This document shows, in pieces, positions 12,895-24,737 of a DNA stretch of 64,000 bases (the first letter of the stretch is position 1; every line of letters starts with the position of its first letter). Where the stretch lies: the NCBI RefSeq assembly GCF_006345805.1, contig NC_043019.1, positions 9,361,360-9,425,359 on the forward strand, written 5' to 3'. The position numbers and the translations under genes were made by a program. The stretch comes from Octopus sinensis. Taxonomy: Eukaryota. Under the pieces are notes generated by a model. The model was not told the origin of the DNA, did not search any database, and saw only the letters and a list, made by a program, of their open reading frames with translations.

Positions 12895-13290
12895 TTTTGC
12901 ATTCTAAGCACAAAGCCCGAAAATTCTGGGGAGTGGGGGCCAGTCGATTAGATCGATCCCAGTACGCAATTGGTACTTAATTTATCGACCCCGAAAGAAT
13001 GAAAGGCAAAGTCGACCTCGGAGAAATTTGAACTGAGAACGTAACGGCAGACGAAATACCTATTTCTTTACTACCCACAAGGGGCTAAACACAGAGGGGA
13101 CAAACAGAGACAAACGTATTAAGACGATTACATCGACCCCAGTGCGTAACTGGTACTTAATTTATCGACCCCGAAAGGATGAAAGGCAAAGTCGACCTCG
13201 GCGGAATTTGAACTCAGGACGTAAAGACAGACGAAATACTGCTAAGCATTTCACCGGGCGTCCTAATGTTTCTGCCCAGCTCACGGCCTT
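12895..13290 (-). mobile_element. Two stacked/nested family-B SINEs
   Basis: TTTATCGACCCCGAAAG.ATGAAAGGCAAAGTCGACCTCGG..AATTTGAACT occurs twice (about 12980-13035 and 13160-13215). Confidence 0.8.
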
Positions 13291-13432
13291 GAGTTAATCA
13301 CAATATTACACCAGCAACTGCTTTGTCTAGGATATTATTAACGGTTTCTCGTTTTGGGAAGGTTTTGTAGCATATATGTGTGTGTGTGTGTGTGTATTTG
13401 GGTATATATGTATGTATACATAAGTAAGGTCA

Positions 13433-13966
13433 AGCACCACATCAAAGTGGCTGTTCTATGTCACTACTAATTTAACCCCAGGCAGATCTTCCGCTAGTTG
13501 GAAAGCGGGTTGACGCTGCACCTTTATATACAATATATATATTGCTGGCAGGTGGGGAGCGAACCCCTACCATCCTCTAGCAGACAACAGGATCGTGAGA
13601 CTGACTCAGTTTTGAGCTGGTTGGCTCATCCCCAGTCGCGAGTACCTGGTCACTAAAGTGATAGCCAGGGTCCAGTCCGGCCACTAATATATAGTAAACA
13701 AAGCGACCATCGGTCACTGATTTGCAGCAAGCCAAGAAGCTTTATAATCCCAAGAGATGAGAGTTGTTACTCTACTAACAAGTAAAATTAATCGCGACAC
13801 CGAAGTGACTGTTCCATGTTACTACTAGTTTAACCCCAGGCAGATCTTCCGCCAGCCGGTTATCGGTGTGACGTTGCAATCTTCATATCGTTACTACTCT
13901 GATCACTCCCTTGATGCTACAAAACTTGACTTTAAAATGACTTAGCAGATCCTGTCAGGTGGTGCT
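13433..13966 (-). mobile_element. Retrozyme-like element A (direct repeats, 358-bp period, hammerhead remnant)
   Basis: An ~85-bp direct repeat GTG.CTGTTC.ATGT.ACTACTA.TTTAACCCCAGGCAGATCTTCCGC starts at 13447 and at 13805. The spacer holds several hairpins and a mutated hammerhead. No ORF. Confidence 0.6.
13593..13641 (-). ncRNA. Degenerate type I hammerhead ribozyme
   Basis: Minus strand: TCGCGA-CTGGGGA-TGAGC caacca GCTCA-(G)AAAC-tgagtca-GTC-TCACGA. Stem I pairs 5/6, stem II pairs 5/5, stem III is near-palindromic. A6 is changed to G and G12 is missing. Confidence 0.6.
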
Positions 13967-14116
13967 ATCAACTTACACACGGACTGCGCCAATCTTTTGC
14001 TGGAATATATCTAGGTTATCTAAGTTATCTTACTCTCTATCGCCCCTCCCCTATCTCTCTATCTCTCTCTCCCTATATATATATATATTATTTATATATG
14101 TTTATATATGTGTGTG

Positions 14117-14148
<32 letters not shown>

Positions 14149-14908
14149 ATATAAGATATCTAACACACACACATATATATACACCCATTCAACTTCACAG
14201 TATATTTCCCTCTTCTCTCAAAGACAGAGTAACATTTTCCCTAAATCGACTTTTGTTATTCTTTGTTTTAACATTTATACAAATATACATACCGTATGCT
14301 TATGCATATACATAGAGTTTTACTCACACACACATACGTTACGCTTGACTACACTTTTCTATGTTAAACACACCAACGGAATCAACTACCTGAACACATC
14401 ATACACACGTACATACATGCATACATACGTACGTACGTACGTACATATATATACATACATACATACATACATACATACAACACACATACACACGTACATA
14501 CATGCACTTATGTAGACGCACATAGTCATACCCACATCAACATTCTAAGACACATTTTACCCGCCACCATTATCACCACCACCAACAACAACATCACCAG
14601 AGCAACAACAATAACAACATGGACATCAAGTTGACATCCGTTTCCATGTATATTTCACATCATGCCACATCCTCCCCACCACCAAACACACAGCCCTCCA
14701 AATACGCCAACACCGCGACCACCACCACCATCGCCATCATACCCAATGTCAACCGCTCGGCCGAACCCTGGTCTCTGCGACATATCGCCATAACAACGAC
14801 TGCAAAAGGATGTTTGTCAGTTTGGAGATTGTCCAAATCTTTCTGGCTTCTGCTCTTTGCACAATCAACGCTTTCCTTCTATCGTAGAAATAGGTTACAT
14901 GATTGTGG

Positions 14909-14949
<41 letters not shown>

Positions 14950-15097
14950 GCGCTTCAGTATGAATATGTATGTGGATGGGTTTGTGTGACTGCGTGCGAT
15001 ACAGCGTGTGTGTGTATTTGTGCATTACAGCACCTGCTTAAGTATAATCCTCAATAAGTTCATATATGTGTGAGAGGGTGCGAGAGTGCGTGAGTAC

Positions 15098-15142
<45 letters not shown>

Positions 15143-15145
<3 letters not shown>

Positions 15146-16010
15146 GGGGTGGACAAAATAATGGGAACACCTTCAAATTTCAAACAGATTTATTTTGATA
15201 TGGAGTAGGACTTGCTTTGGCAATAATTACAGCTTGAATTCTACGAGGTATAGACTCGTACAAAGTTTGAATTATTTCCCAAGGAATTTTTGTCCATTCT
15301 TCAGCTAAAACAGTCTCCTGTTCTTGTAGTGATGATAGTGGAGGATATCGACTCCTTACTTGTTTTCCTAAAATGCACCATAAATGTTCAATAATATTGA
15401 GATCTGGGGACTGTGGTGGCCAGATAAGATGTTCAACTTCATTAGAATGTTCCCTGTGCCATTCAGTAACAACTTCAGCTGTATGTATTGATGCATTATC
15501 ATCCTGAAAGACTGACTTTACCTCCGGAAACAGTTCTGCAACCATAGGATGCATTTGATCAGATAAAATGCTTAAATAGACTTGACTATTAATTCTGCCT
15601 TGAAGGGAAACCATTGGGCCAGCAGATTTCCAAGATATAGGCCCCCAGACCCTCCTTCATGTTTAACAGTTGGAATAAGGCAGTCTGGGTCAAATGCTTC
15701 TTGTGGCTGTCTCCACACGTATACTCGGTCGGTGGTCAGAAATAAGGTAAAGGATGACTCGCCCGAGAAAATAACATTCTTCCACTGCTCCATGGGACCA
15801 ATTCTGTAAGTTTTTACTCCACTCTAAGCGCTTTGCAACGTTTGTTTTTGAAAGTAGTGGTTTTCTGATTGCAGCTCCCGGCGAACAGTTATCCTGGAAA
15901 CTGGGTTCTCGAGGTGGTCATTAAGCTTTGCAATAGTTTTGTACTTTCGTGATCCTTTCTATCTGAAAGTTTTGGTTTTCTTCCGGAGTTTTACTTCAAC
16001 GAGGAGATCT
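15143..16010 (-). mobile_element. Tc1-family transposon remnant (3' two-thirds of transposase plus right TIR)
   Basis: LNDHLENPVSRITVRREL; WKNVIFSGESSFTLF..RVYVWRQPQEAFDPDCLIPTVKH; FQDDNASIHTA...WPPQSPDLNIIEHLW. The TIR TA-AAGGGGGTGGACAAAATAATGGGAACACC starts at 15141. Confidence 0.9.
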
Positions 16011-16019
16011 TTCTCTCTT

Positions 16020-17260
16020 TCTAAGAACATGCACCACCCAAAAGCAGATGTTAATCGTCTGTATCTACCTAGATGTAATGGGGGAAGAGGAATGATGCAG
16101 GTAGAATTGTCCTGCAAAACCTCCACAATAGCAATAAACAGGTATTTACCTAATTCAGAAGACTGGACCCCGCGACTGGTGTGCAAACACGAAGCAGAAA
16201 AAAACCCATTCTATTGTAAAGGAAGCTTGCACATTCGTAAGGGAACTTGGTATTAACCATGAAATAGTTGAAGAACCTGAAACCACTGCCACAAAACAAG
16301 CAAAATGGATCAAGCAGACTGCAAAAAAGAACGGTGGCAGAAACAAATTGAGGAGCGGTGAAGCCAGAAGCCCCTGCATGGACAGTATATACTTCAAAGT
16401 CGAAATGCTGATGTAGACCAAACAACAGCCCATCAATGGCTGAGAAACTGTGGACTGAAAGCAGAGACTGAATGTCTCATATTGGCGGCATAACAACAAA
16501 GCTTGCTCACAAAAAAAAACAAAAAACTACCAAGCTAACGTTCTTCAAAACGGTTCTGACCATAAATGCAAATTCTGCAACACATTTGGCGAAACAATAG
16601 AGCATCTCGTCTCTGGATGTCCTGTGCTGGCAACAAACGAATGCAAAACCGCCAGGATAGGGTAGGACAGTATTTACGTTGAAAACACAATCAGCAGCAG
16701 CCCTGCTTGCTGGCACGAGGCAGTCGCTGGAGGTAAAAATGTTATTTTCCAGTCAACACTGACAGAACGATCCAAGCTAATCGACTGGACATAATTATTA
16801 AAGACAGAGAAGAAAAGACTTGTAGACTAATAGATGTGTTGCCACTGATAAAAATATATCTGTCCAAGAATTTGATAAACTAAGTAAATATAAGGACCTG
16901 GAAATTGAAATACAAAAGATGTGGCATCTTAAAACGAGAACTGTTCCTGTTATTGTGAATGTTCTAGGTATGATAAGAAAGAGATGTCAGAAATATCTAG
17001 ATAAGATCCCAAGAGAACCATGTCTCGGAGAAATCCAAAAGATTGTGCTGACAATTACTGCCCACATCCTTAGAAAAACCCTATCCATTTAAAAGTCTGT
17101 GTTGTATTACATGAAGACATTTCGCTACCTCCCTTCCCAAGCTTTCAGTCATACTGTAATATCTTTTATTCTTCGCTCGCCCCAGGACACTGGGCGTGTC
17201 TCGGCAAGTGACTGTAACAAACATGCAGATTAAAATTAAAATAATAATAATAATAATAAT
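16020..17260 (+). mobile_element. 5'-truncated R4/Dong-like non-LTR retrotransposon (RT C-terminus, CCHC knuckle, RLE) with (TAA)n tail
   Basis: HHPKADVNRLYLPRCNGGRGMMQVE; GLKAETECLILAA; CKFCNTFGETIEHLVSGC; TDRTIQANRLDIIIKD..DKLSKYKDLEIEIQKMWHLKTRTVPVIV..TAHILRKTLSI*. Several stops and frameshifts. Tail at about 17238-17260. Confidence 0.9.
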
Positions 17261-17261
17261 T

Positions 17262-17830
17262 ATCAGGCTGTGGCTCTCATGACTTCTGATCTTACCTGAT
17301 TGGAAATGTTATCATGTATACATTGTTTTGTCTTGGTATAAAAGATGGGCTGCAGCAAATATTCTGCTCAATACCACAGATTTGCTTGTCAGGTGTTTGA
17401 CCTTAACCAGTTGAGCATGTCCCTTAGTGGCTGACGATATGTGCATCTCTGATCATCAGCAGAAGTAGTGGGGGAGCATCATAGCCATGTGTTGAGATGG
17501 ATTCTTTGCGGTTTTGATAATTCATCTCTGGAAACATGGGTGTTTCGTTCAACATTAAACAACGCTCATTCAAAAGCCTTTTGAGCGGGATGGATACTTG
17601 ACCTAAAGAAAATTCTAACTGGACCCGACTTGCAAGATCTGGCGCTGTTTATCTTGATATGAGATCACCATGTCACACACATATGGTTGTGATGCATGTG
17701 CCTGAAGAGCCCTTAGCAGATGGGCAGTCATTATGGGTATACTGGGCTTCGTGTATTTTACCCCAGTGTCACTTTGATTGCATACGCTGCTCTCTCACTT
17801 AATAATGATAATAATAATAATAATTATTAT
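17262..17830 (+). mobile_element. Interspersed repeat with (TAA)-like tail (SINE or LINE 3' part, unclassified)
   Basis: A non-coding block between two TAA tracts, ending CTCTCTCACTTAATAATGATAATAATAA. Resembles a common Octopus repeat from memory only. Confidence 0.4.
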
Positions 17831-17835
17831 TATTA

Positions 17836-18030
17836 TTTTACTCAAGGCATAAGGTCTTGAAAATTTTGGAGGAAGGGGGCTAGTCGATTACATCGACCTC
17901 AGTGCGTAACTGGTACTTATTTCATCAACCTCGAAAGGATGGAAAGCAAAGTCGACCTCGGCAGAATTTGAACTCAAAACATGAAGACAGACGAAATGTC
18001 GTTAAGCCGAAATGCCAGCTCATCGCTGCA
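17836..18030 (-). mobile_element. Family-B SINE
   Basis: GGTACTTATTTCATCAACCTCGAAAGGATGGAAAGCAAAGTCGACCTCGGCAGAATTTGAACTC. Confidence 0.75.
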
Positions 18031-18217
18031 ATGATGATTATGATGATAATAACAATGATAATTGAATTATTTGATTCTCTGGAGAATTTTTAGTAGGAGA
18101 TATTTAATATGTCTCTTCTAGATGTATAATTTGGTAATTCCCATTAGCAAATGAAACACGTGTAATGGCGAATAACTAGCACCAAACATTTATTTACCAA
18201 TCTCCTGTTTTGATATG

Positions 18218-18922
18218 TCGTCGTCGGCATCCGTCCGTCTCGAGAGACGATGATGTAGCTCGGAAAAGGTGGCGGGTTTATCTGCCCTTCCTGGTGTGGC
18301 TGTGCAGACCAATCACCGAGTGGCAGTCTCTACCACATCTGGTGCAAGAGAAAGGGGACGAGAGCTGTGATTACTGTTGCTGTTCCTTTCGCCTGGTCCT
18401 CTTCCTGTTGAGCTACAAGGCCTGGGCAGGTTTGTATGAGGGATCAGCTGTTGCTTATGCAGTTTGATCCCCCCCTCTCCACGCAGCTGGCAGCCTCAAG
18501 GGAACGACGGGTCGATACAGCTTGGTACCAGATGCGTCGCAGGAGTTGCCGGTGATGACGTGTTGTGTCAGGCCGCCTTAGAGGCTCCAGCTCCGGATTT
18601 TCTGTCGGGGTTTACTCCCTTAGCCTTCCCGAGGAGGGGGTCTTGCCGCAAGGCAGCAGAGGTTTGAAATCGGAGTTTCCCTCTCCTAGTTCGGCTGCCA
18701 GTCAAGGCTATCGAATCCCAACTACCCGAAGCAACTGGTTTTAAGGCGCCAGTGACTCGCCTTTGCCCCCTTCTCCTGTTAGTGGGAACAGTTTCGACGC
18801 GGGAAGACCAGGAGTTGGACTTGACTGTCAGAGGCTATTTGAGACGCACGCCGTGGGAGCACTTTGTAGGCAGTGGGAGCTTATCCCTGCTACCACTCCC
18901 GGCTATGACAGCCTTTGAAACT
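18218..18922 (-). mobile_element. Non-autonomous RTE-derived element (5' UTR joined to 3' tail) with 12-bp TSD
   Basis: TGTTTTGATATG flanks both ends (18206-18217 and 18923-18934). The minus strand has RTE-type 5' UTR motifs (GGGAGTGG..GATAAGCTCCCAC, CTAGGAGAGGGAAACTCC, GGAGTAAACCCCGACAGAAAATCCGGAG) and ends in a short GAC repeat. No ORF. Confidence 0.75.
18773..18814 (-). ncRNA. HDV-like ribozyme remnant in RTE 5' UTR
   Basis: CTCCTG (P2)-GTC-TTCCCGC (L3-like)-GTC-GAAACTGTTCC (P4-like)-CA-CTAA (J4/2 with candidate catalytic C)-CAGGAG (P2'). The P1' strand and GG appear to be deleted. Confidence 0.4.
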
Positions 18923-19249
18923 TGTTTTGATATGACAATCAATGTAACGGTCGTTAGTGCGACATAGACTTCTCTGCTTGTCTGTAGCAGACATTTTGAA
19001 GCTTCCTGTCAATATGGTCGTGTGTTACGTAGTGCAACTGTGCGTTGCAGCTTCCCTGGGTGTTTTATATCTTGTCTTCAATCAGCAAATACTTTCGGAG
19101 AAGCGTATTGACATTTCTCAATTTAATATTTGAAATCAAAATACTTTGTGACGCGTATATTATTTATTGATATAACTCTAATATAAAATGAATTTTTAAA
19201 GCCATGCTCAATATGTCTGTTCAGAAATGTACGCTATGAACACAATGAA

Positions 19250-19560
19250 AGATATTTGAGCAGATTTACTGGGATAGGAACGTACCGACTTACTGGAGAT
19301 TTCCCAAAAATTAGAGAGAAGGAGAATAACTATGGACAGCTGCTTCAAAACCTCCAGCTTTTATACTCAGATTATAAATTTACGTTTATACTGATAATAA
19401 TTGGCACATTTGGTTTTGTGAGTAAACCCCTAAGTGACAATCTGGATTAGCTAAAGTCTTCAGAAAAGGAAATCAACCACCAAACCCGTACATTGTATAT
19501 GCAATCAGTAAGTGGAACTGCAAAAATATGCAAAAATTTTTTCAACTTCAAAATACGAGT
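19250..19560 (+). mobile_element. RLE non-LTR retrotransposon 3' fragment, second family
   Basis: KIREKENNYGQLLQNLQLLYSDYKFTFILIIIGTFGFV...QSVSGTAKICKNFFNF is homologous to 28938-29265. A CA/TACA tract follows at about 19660. Confidence 0.7.
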
Positions 19561-20244
19561 GTTTTTGTTATCTACATTCCAACGGTGGAGTTTTTCTGTC
19601 TTTTTTAGAAACAAACTCCTTCTTCGGGGGCGGAATTTAAATAATTGAAAGCAGAAAATATACACACACACATAGACACATACATACACACTCACAACAA
19701 ATGTAATATATTGTCTAAGTTCATAAATAATTTAAACAGTTTACTGCTTCGGTTAATGGTTTATAAACTATTTTAGTGTTTTGGTGTGCCATCATCATTA
19801 TAAATCGATTTCTAATCGATTCTGATATTCTTTACGATTGCACAAATATCTATATGAAATGAACGGGTGTATATTTCACTCAACACACAAATAGATTCAT
19901 TTGTAATTCGACCTCCCAGAATCAATATTGTCTGTTAAGCCCACTTAACGAGTCGCTCGACCTGCTAGAAACAGCAGCTACGGTCTTTCTTCTGTTATCA
20001 GAAACAAAGAACAGTTTCTATGACCATGTTGTGTTAGACAAATGTTGCGTCGGGACAAATAGAATAATGACGTCACGGATATATTTGATTAGGGGTCAGC
20101 TTCGTCAAGACTAATGAGTAGCTCAAACAACAACAATTTTGGTCTGTGCATTTATTTGACGTGCTAGAAACAACAGCAACCTCCCTAAAATTAAACTCTT
20201 CCGTTGAGGACACTAGAGGATTATAAGGCTTACATATACCATAT

Positions 20245-20600
20245 AGGCGCAGGCGTGGCTGTGTGACAAGAAGATTGCTTCCCCACCACATGGTTCCGGG
20301 TTCGGTCTCACTGAGTGGCACGTTGGATCTATAGCCCCAAGTTGATCAAAGCCTTGTGAATGGATTTGGTAGACGGGAACAGAAAAAAGTGCGTCGTATG
20401 TGTGTGAGTGGGGTGTCATCACCGCTTGACAACCGGTGTTGGTTCGTTTTCGTGCCCGTAACCAGCGGTTCAGCAAAAGAGACGTGTACCATGATTAAAA
20501 AAAACCTAATGGGGTTGATTCATTCGCCTAAAATTTCTTCAAGGCGGTACCCCAGCATGGTCCCAGTTTAATTACAGAAACAAGAAGAAGATAAAAGAAT
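20245..20600 (+). mobile_element. Family-A SINE
   Basis: AGGCGCAGGCGTGGCTGTGTG head, CAAAGCCTTGTGAATGGATTTGGTAGACGG body, CTTGACAACCGGTG..AGCGGTTCAGCAAAAGAGAC 3' part. Confidence 0.8.
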
Positions 20601-21890
20601 ATCCAGAAAAAAACTGATTTAAGATGATTTTTGGTCATGGGTTCATCTACCTTTTGACCATTGGTCAACCTGCTTTTCATTGTAGGTCTCTCTGCATGAG
20701 AACAGCAACACAGAAAAATCCTGCTAAGCAATGCAGTCAATGAAACGAGTTCTGAATAAAAGTTTGCTGGAAAACCTATGATCCTTGTTCTGTCCATTTG
20801 TTCCGAATTGATGTGGAATTAAACAACACCTTTATCAACAAAGAACAAACTGGATAATGTCGATGTTTTTTTTTCTGAACAAATACGTGATGGTCATCGC
20901 TTAGAATGTCTTTGGTAAGACAGCTTGATTAGGTCTGCCATGAAAGCTAACTTCCAACAGCAACCAACAACTACCAAGAGCTTTAAAACAAAGACCAGAA
21001 GATCAACGAGAACTGCCCGTCATATCGCAGAGTCCTTAATTTTAGGCCGTCATGATATACGGTGTGTTTTAAGCATTTTAAACCTGGTCGAGTCCGTCCC
21101 TCATCAGGTCTGATCAAAAGCGTTTACTTTTTAATGGAAAATCGATGAGAGAAAAAGTAGAAGCATCACCTCCCATTACCAAAATTGGATTTTAAATATC
21201 GAACCCTGAAAAGCGAAGTTGCCAGATGAAATCCGACAGACATTTTGAAAACTTCCCGGCAAAGTTTTGACCAGAAGAAAATTTTTGATTCCCTAAATTA
21301 TGACAAAACCTGATTTAGGACAATAATCTCTTAAAAGATGGTGCTTCCTGTTCCACATTAGAAATACTTGGGCCTTGTTCCGCAGCCGACCATTTTCGGG
21401 TCCGCATTGAAATAATGCTTGCATTTCAAGGACAAGCTTCACACACGCGCACATCTTTGGGGTACTTTTTAAGAGAATACCACCCCACTGGTTGACAATG
21501 GCATTGTCATCCCACATCGAGCTCTTTCTTCTCCCTGCCTCTTCTTCCACCACTACTACTATGGCTTTTATTCCCCTGAAGCAACAAGGTGCACACAACC
21601 ACCTCAGTCTTACAAATAGAAAAGAAGAAAACTTGTTAACCTAAAAATGAAAGCCTAAAATCTTCGCGTCATTTTTGTTTGTACGGGGTGACGCTTGGGG
21701 TGACGCTTGGGGTCAGCCGGCGTCACAGCTTCCAGTGTGTCCTTTGCTGAAACAGCAGGATGTGCGTGCTGAGAGACTTTAGTTTTTATTTCTAGGAGGG
21801 CGAACGACTACATAGGAGCTCCTCTGTGGTGTGTGGAGGTGACGATGGTGCAACAAGCAGCAACAGCAGCAGCAGCGGTGGTGGTGGTAC

Positions 21891-21926
<36 letters not shown>

Positions 21927-23064
21927 TGGTTGTGGTGGTGGTGGTAGTAGTGGTAGTAGTAGTGATGGTCCAGGAGAAGAGGCTACTTGTTCCAACATGT
22001 TCGTTTTGTTGTATTTGATCGGAAACCTGACGGAAATGAGCGAAAATGCTGCCAAGTTTGGTAGCAGGGAGGGGGGATTGTGGTGGTGGTGGTGGTGGCG
22101 ACGGTGGTATTGATGCTGTTGTTTAGCCCCAGTTCAGTCTTAAACAGGCTTTTGATCAGAGGCATTCCAGTACGCACAATCTCACCGTTTTCTATGCACA
22201 GGAAACCCAGATCCAAAATATTCAATGCCTTTTCTATACTTGGGTTGGGCGAGGATAAGGTTTCAGGGAGATTTTCCTGATATTGCTAACAAGCTGGGTA
22301 ATCACGCAGTTTCCCCGTCGACTCGTTTAGCGACGGCGGTGGCGATGGTGGCGGCGGCGGCGGTGGCAGTGGTGGTTGTGGGTGTTTGAAATATTCCGCT
22401 AAAGCTGATAACAGTGTCGTTGTTGCTCTGGTTTGGTGTAGATGGATGTCAATGACGACAAACCAGCTCTTTTTTCCAACACAGCCCATCCTCCTACTTT
22501 CTCCTCCATTTCAATCTCAGTTTTCTTACTCCCAGTCTCCTTTTTTATCTATCTATTAATATATACACACATATATATATATATACATACGAGCAATTAA
22601 CTCGACTTACAAATCGACAACATTCCTACTCTCTGTGTCACCATGCTTCTGTCTCTCTCTCTCTCTCTCTCTACATATTTCCCACACTCTTTGTTATGCT
22701 TTCTCTCCTTCACTCTGTTTGGGGATTAACTCTCGCAGGTTGCTTTTATTTTGTTTAAAACTTCGTCTTCTAATATTGACTTTTATTTTATGATAAACAA
22801 GTATTGCGCACAAATCCTGTTTTCTGATTGGGAACAAATGATCAAACTTTAAGCATCTCTAACGTTTTTAAAACATTTTCTGCAATAAATGAATTACAAA
22901 GTTGGATTCAACGTGAGAAAGTACATCAATATTTAAATTTGGAAAATTTTGTCTTAATTTTAAGATTTCAAAATCTGTGACACAAATAGACAAGATCTCT
23001 CTCTATTTGTCTCTTTCATTTTCCGGTTTTCTCATCGTAAACTTTCCCCTTTGTCGTCTGGAGG

Positions 23065-23143
<79 letters not shown>

Positions 23144-23633
23144 TCTCTCTCTCAAATCATATCGCTTTCACTGAGTGTGTGTGTATGCATGTGTACGAGG
23201 AATTTCATTACGACGGCAGATTAATTTTAAAATGCTACGTAAAAGAATTTCATATTATATTTACAGATAAATTCTTCTATTTACATAATATTGAGGTTTC
23301 TTTCAATCTTTGGTTATCTTACCATTTTTATCAATATTTATATATATACATATTGACTATTCATATTCACTCTTACTTCCACTAGGTGTTGCTCATTTTT
23401 CTATCTCTCACCACACACACACACAAAGATAACGAACTCTCACGAGCACAAACGCACACTCTTCCGTGCATACGTACCCTATAGACCCACACACACACGA
23501 ACTTGAACACAAGTGCCTCCACTTATCTTTGTCTTCTACGAATCTGTCGACTCATCCAGCAATCTCTTGACATCTACTTGTCTAAACTAGCGCGTGCAGA
23601 CAGACACACACTCACACGCATGCACACATAGGC

Positions 23634-23675
<42 letters not shown>

Positions 23676-24471
23676 ATCATATACAAGCTGGCCCCGTGCC
23701 GTAATAAACGACGGCTAATTGTATTTTATATATAAAAAAGGTACGGAGTGAGGTACATAATAATCACACATACAAACATTCGCATATTCCCCTTGTACAC
23801 ACACACACACACACAGAGTTGAAACGCTGTTTGACTTTTCTTTTCACCGTAGAACTCCCATCGTCCCACTACCAAGTTTGCCGTCACCCCTTCCTTCCTT
23901 ACTCATCACCCCTTCCTTTCTCATTCGTATGTTGTGACGGAGAAATACACAAGAGTATTGTTATAGTAGAAGATATGGATGGTAAATCAAATTCATGCAC
24001 TTGTCAATGTTCACACACACACACACATACTTCCCTTGTACACGCACATACATACACACATACACACACACAGACACTCACATACTTCCCTTTTACACAC
24101 ACACAAATATACTCACACAGAGTTGAAACGCTGATTCCTTTCTCACCCCTTCCTTCCTCATTCGTCTATCCCCCCTTCCTTTCTCATATGTTGTGACGGA
24201 GAAAAACAGAAGATACACGACGCTCCCTTTGCCATTTCCTCTCTCTCTCATTGCTCTTACTTTCTCTAACTCCCTCTCAGTCAGGGCTATTACTCTTACT
24301 ACTTCTCCTTCACTGAATTACTTTTCCCTCCTCCTCTCTCACTTATCCTACTCTTTCTGCTGCTCCCTCCTGCGTGATTTTGGACAAATACAAATATATA
24401 AAAACACTGCACTCGTTATTATATTAGAGTATATATTATATACGCATATTTCTGTATGTATGTATGTACAT

Positions 24472-24507
<36 letters not shown>

Positions 24508-24563
24508 ACATACGTGTGTGTGTGTGTGTGTGTGTATGTACATACGTGTGTGTGTGTGTGTGT

Positions 24564-24730
24564 AGGCGCAAGCGTGGATGGGTAGTAAGAAGTTTGCTTC
24601 CCAGCCACATGGTTCCGGGTTCTGTCCCACTGCATGGCACCGTAGCCAAGTGTCTTCTACTATAACCCTGGGTCGACCAAAGCCTTGTGAGTAGATTTAG
24701 TTGACGGAAACTGAAAGAAGCCCGTTCTAT
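24564..24730 (+). mobile_element. Family-A SINE (5' half)
   Basis: AGGCGCAAGCGTGG..CACATGGTTCCGGGTTC..GACCAAAGCCTTGTGAGTAGATTTAGTTGACGGAAACTGAAAGAAGCCC. Confidence 0.8.
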
Positions 24731-24737
24731 ATCTATA

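Noticed and set aside
15885-16010. Apparent 5' inversion (twin priming) of the R4/Dong-like element
   Set aside because: The reverse complement translates as the Tc1 N-terminal region (LNDHLENPVS..VRREL), so it belongs to the adjacent Tc1.
21040-21115. Minus-strand CTGATGA-GGG acgga CTC-GACC resembling a hammerhead
   Set aside because: GAAA is replaced by GACC, and there is no GUH triplet or stem I complement.
21792-22489. Gly/Ser- and Pro-rich ORFs on both strands, a good acceptor at 21795, and an MGCVGK start on minus
   Set aside because: Dominated by trinucleotide repeats, interrupted by stops, and no recognisable domain. Could be UTR or regulatory sequence.
23305-23325. TCTTTGGTTATCT matches the first 13 nt of miR-9
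   Set aside because: It diverges after nt 13 and no hairpin partner is evident. At most a chance or target-like match.
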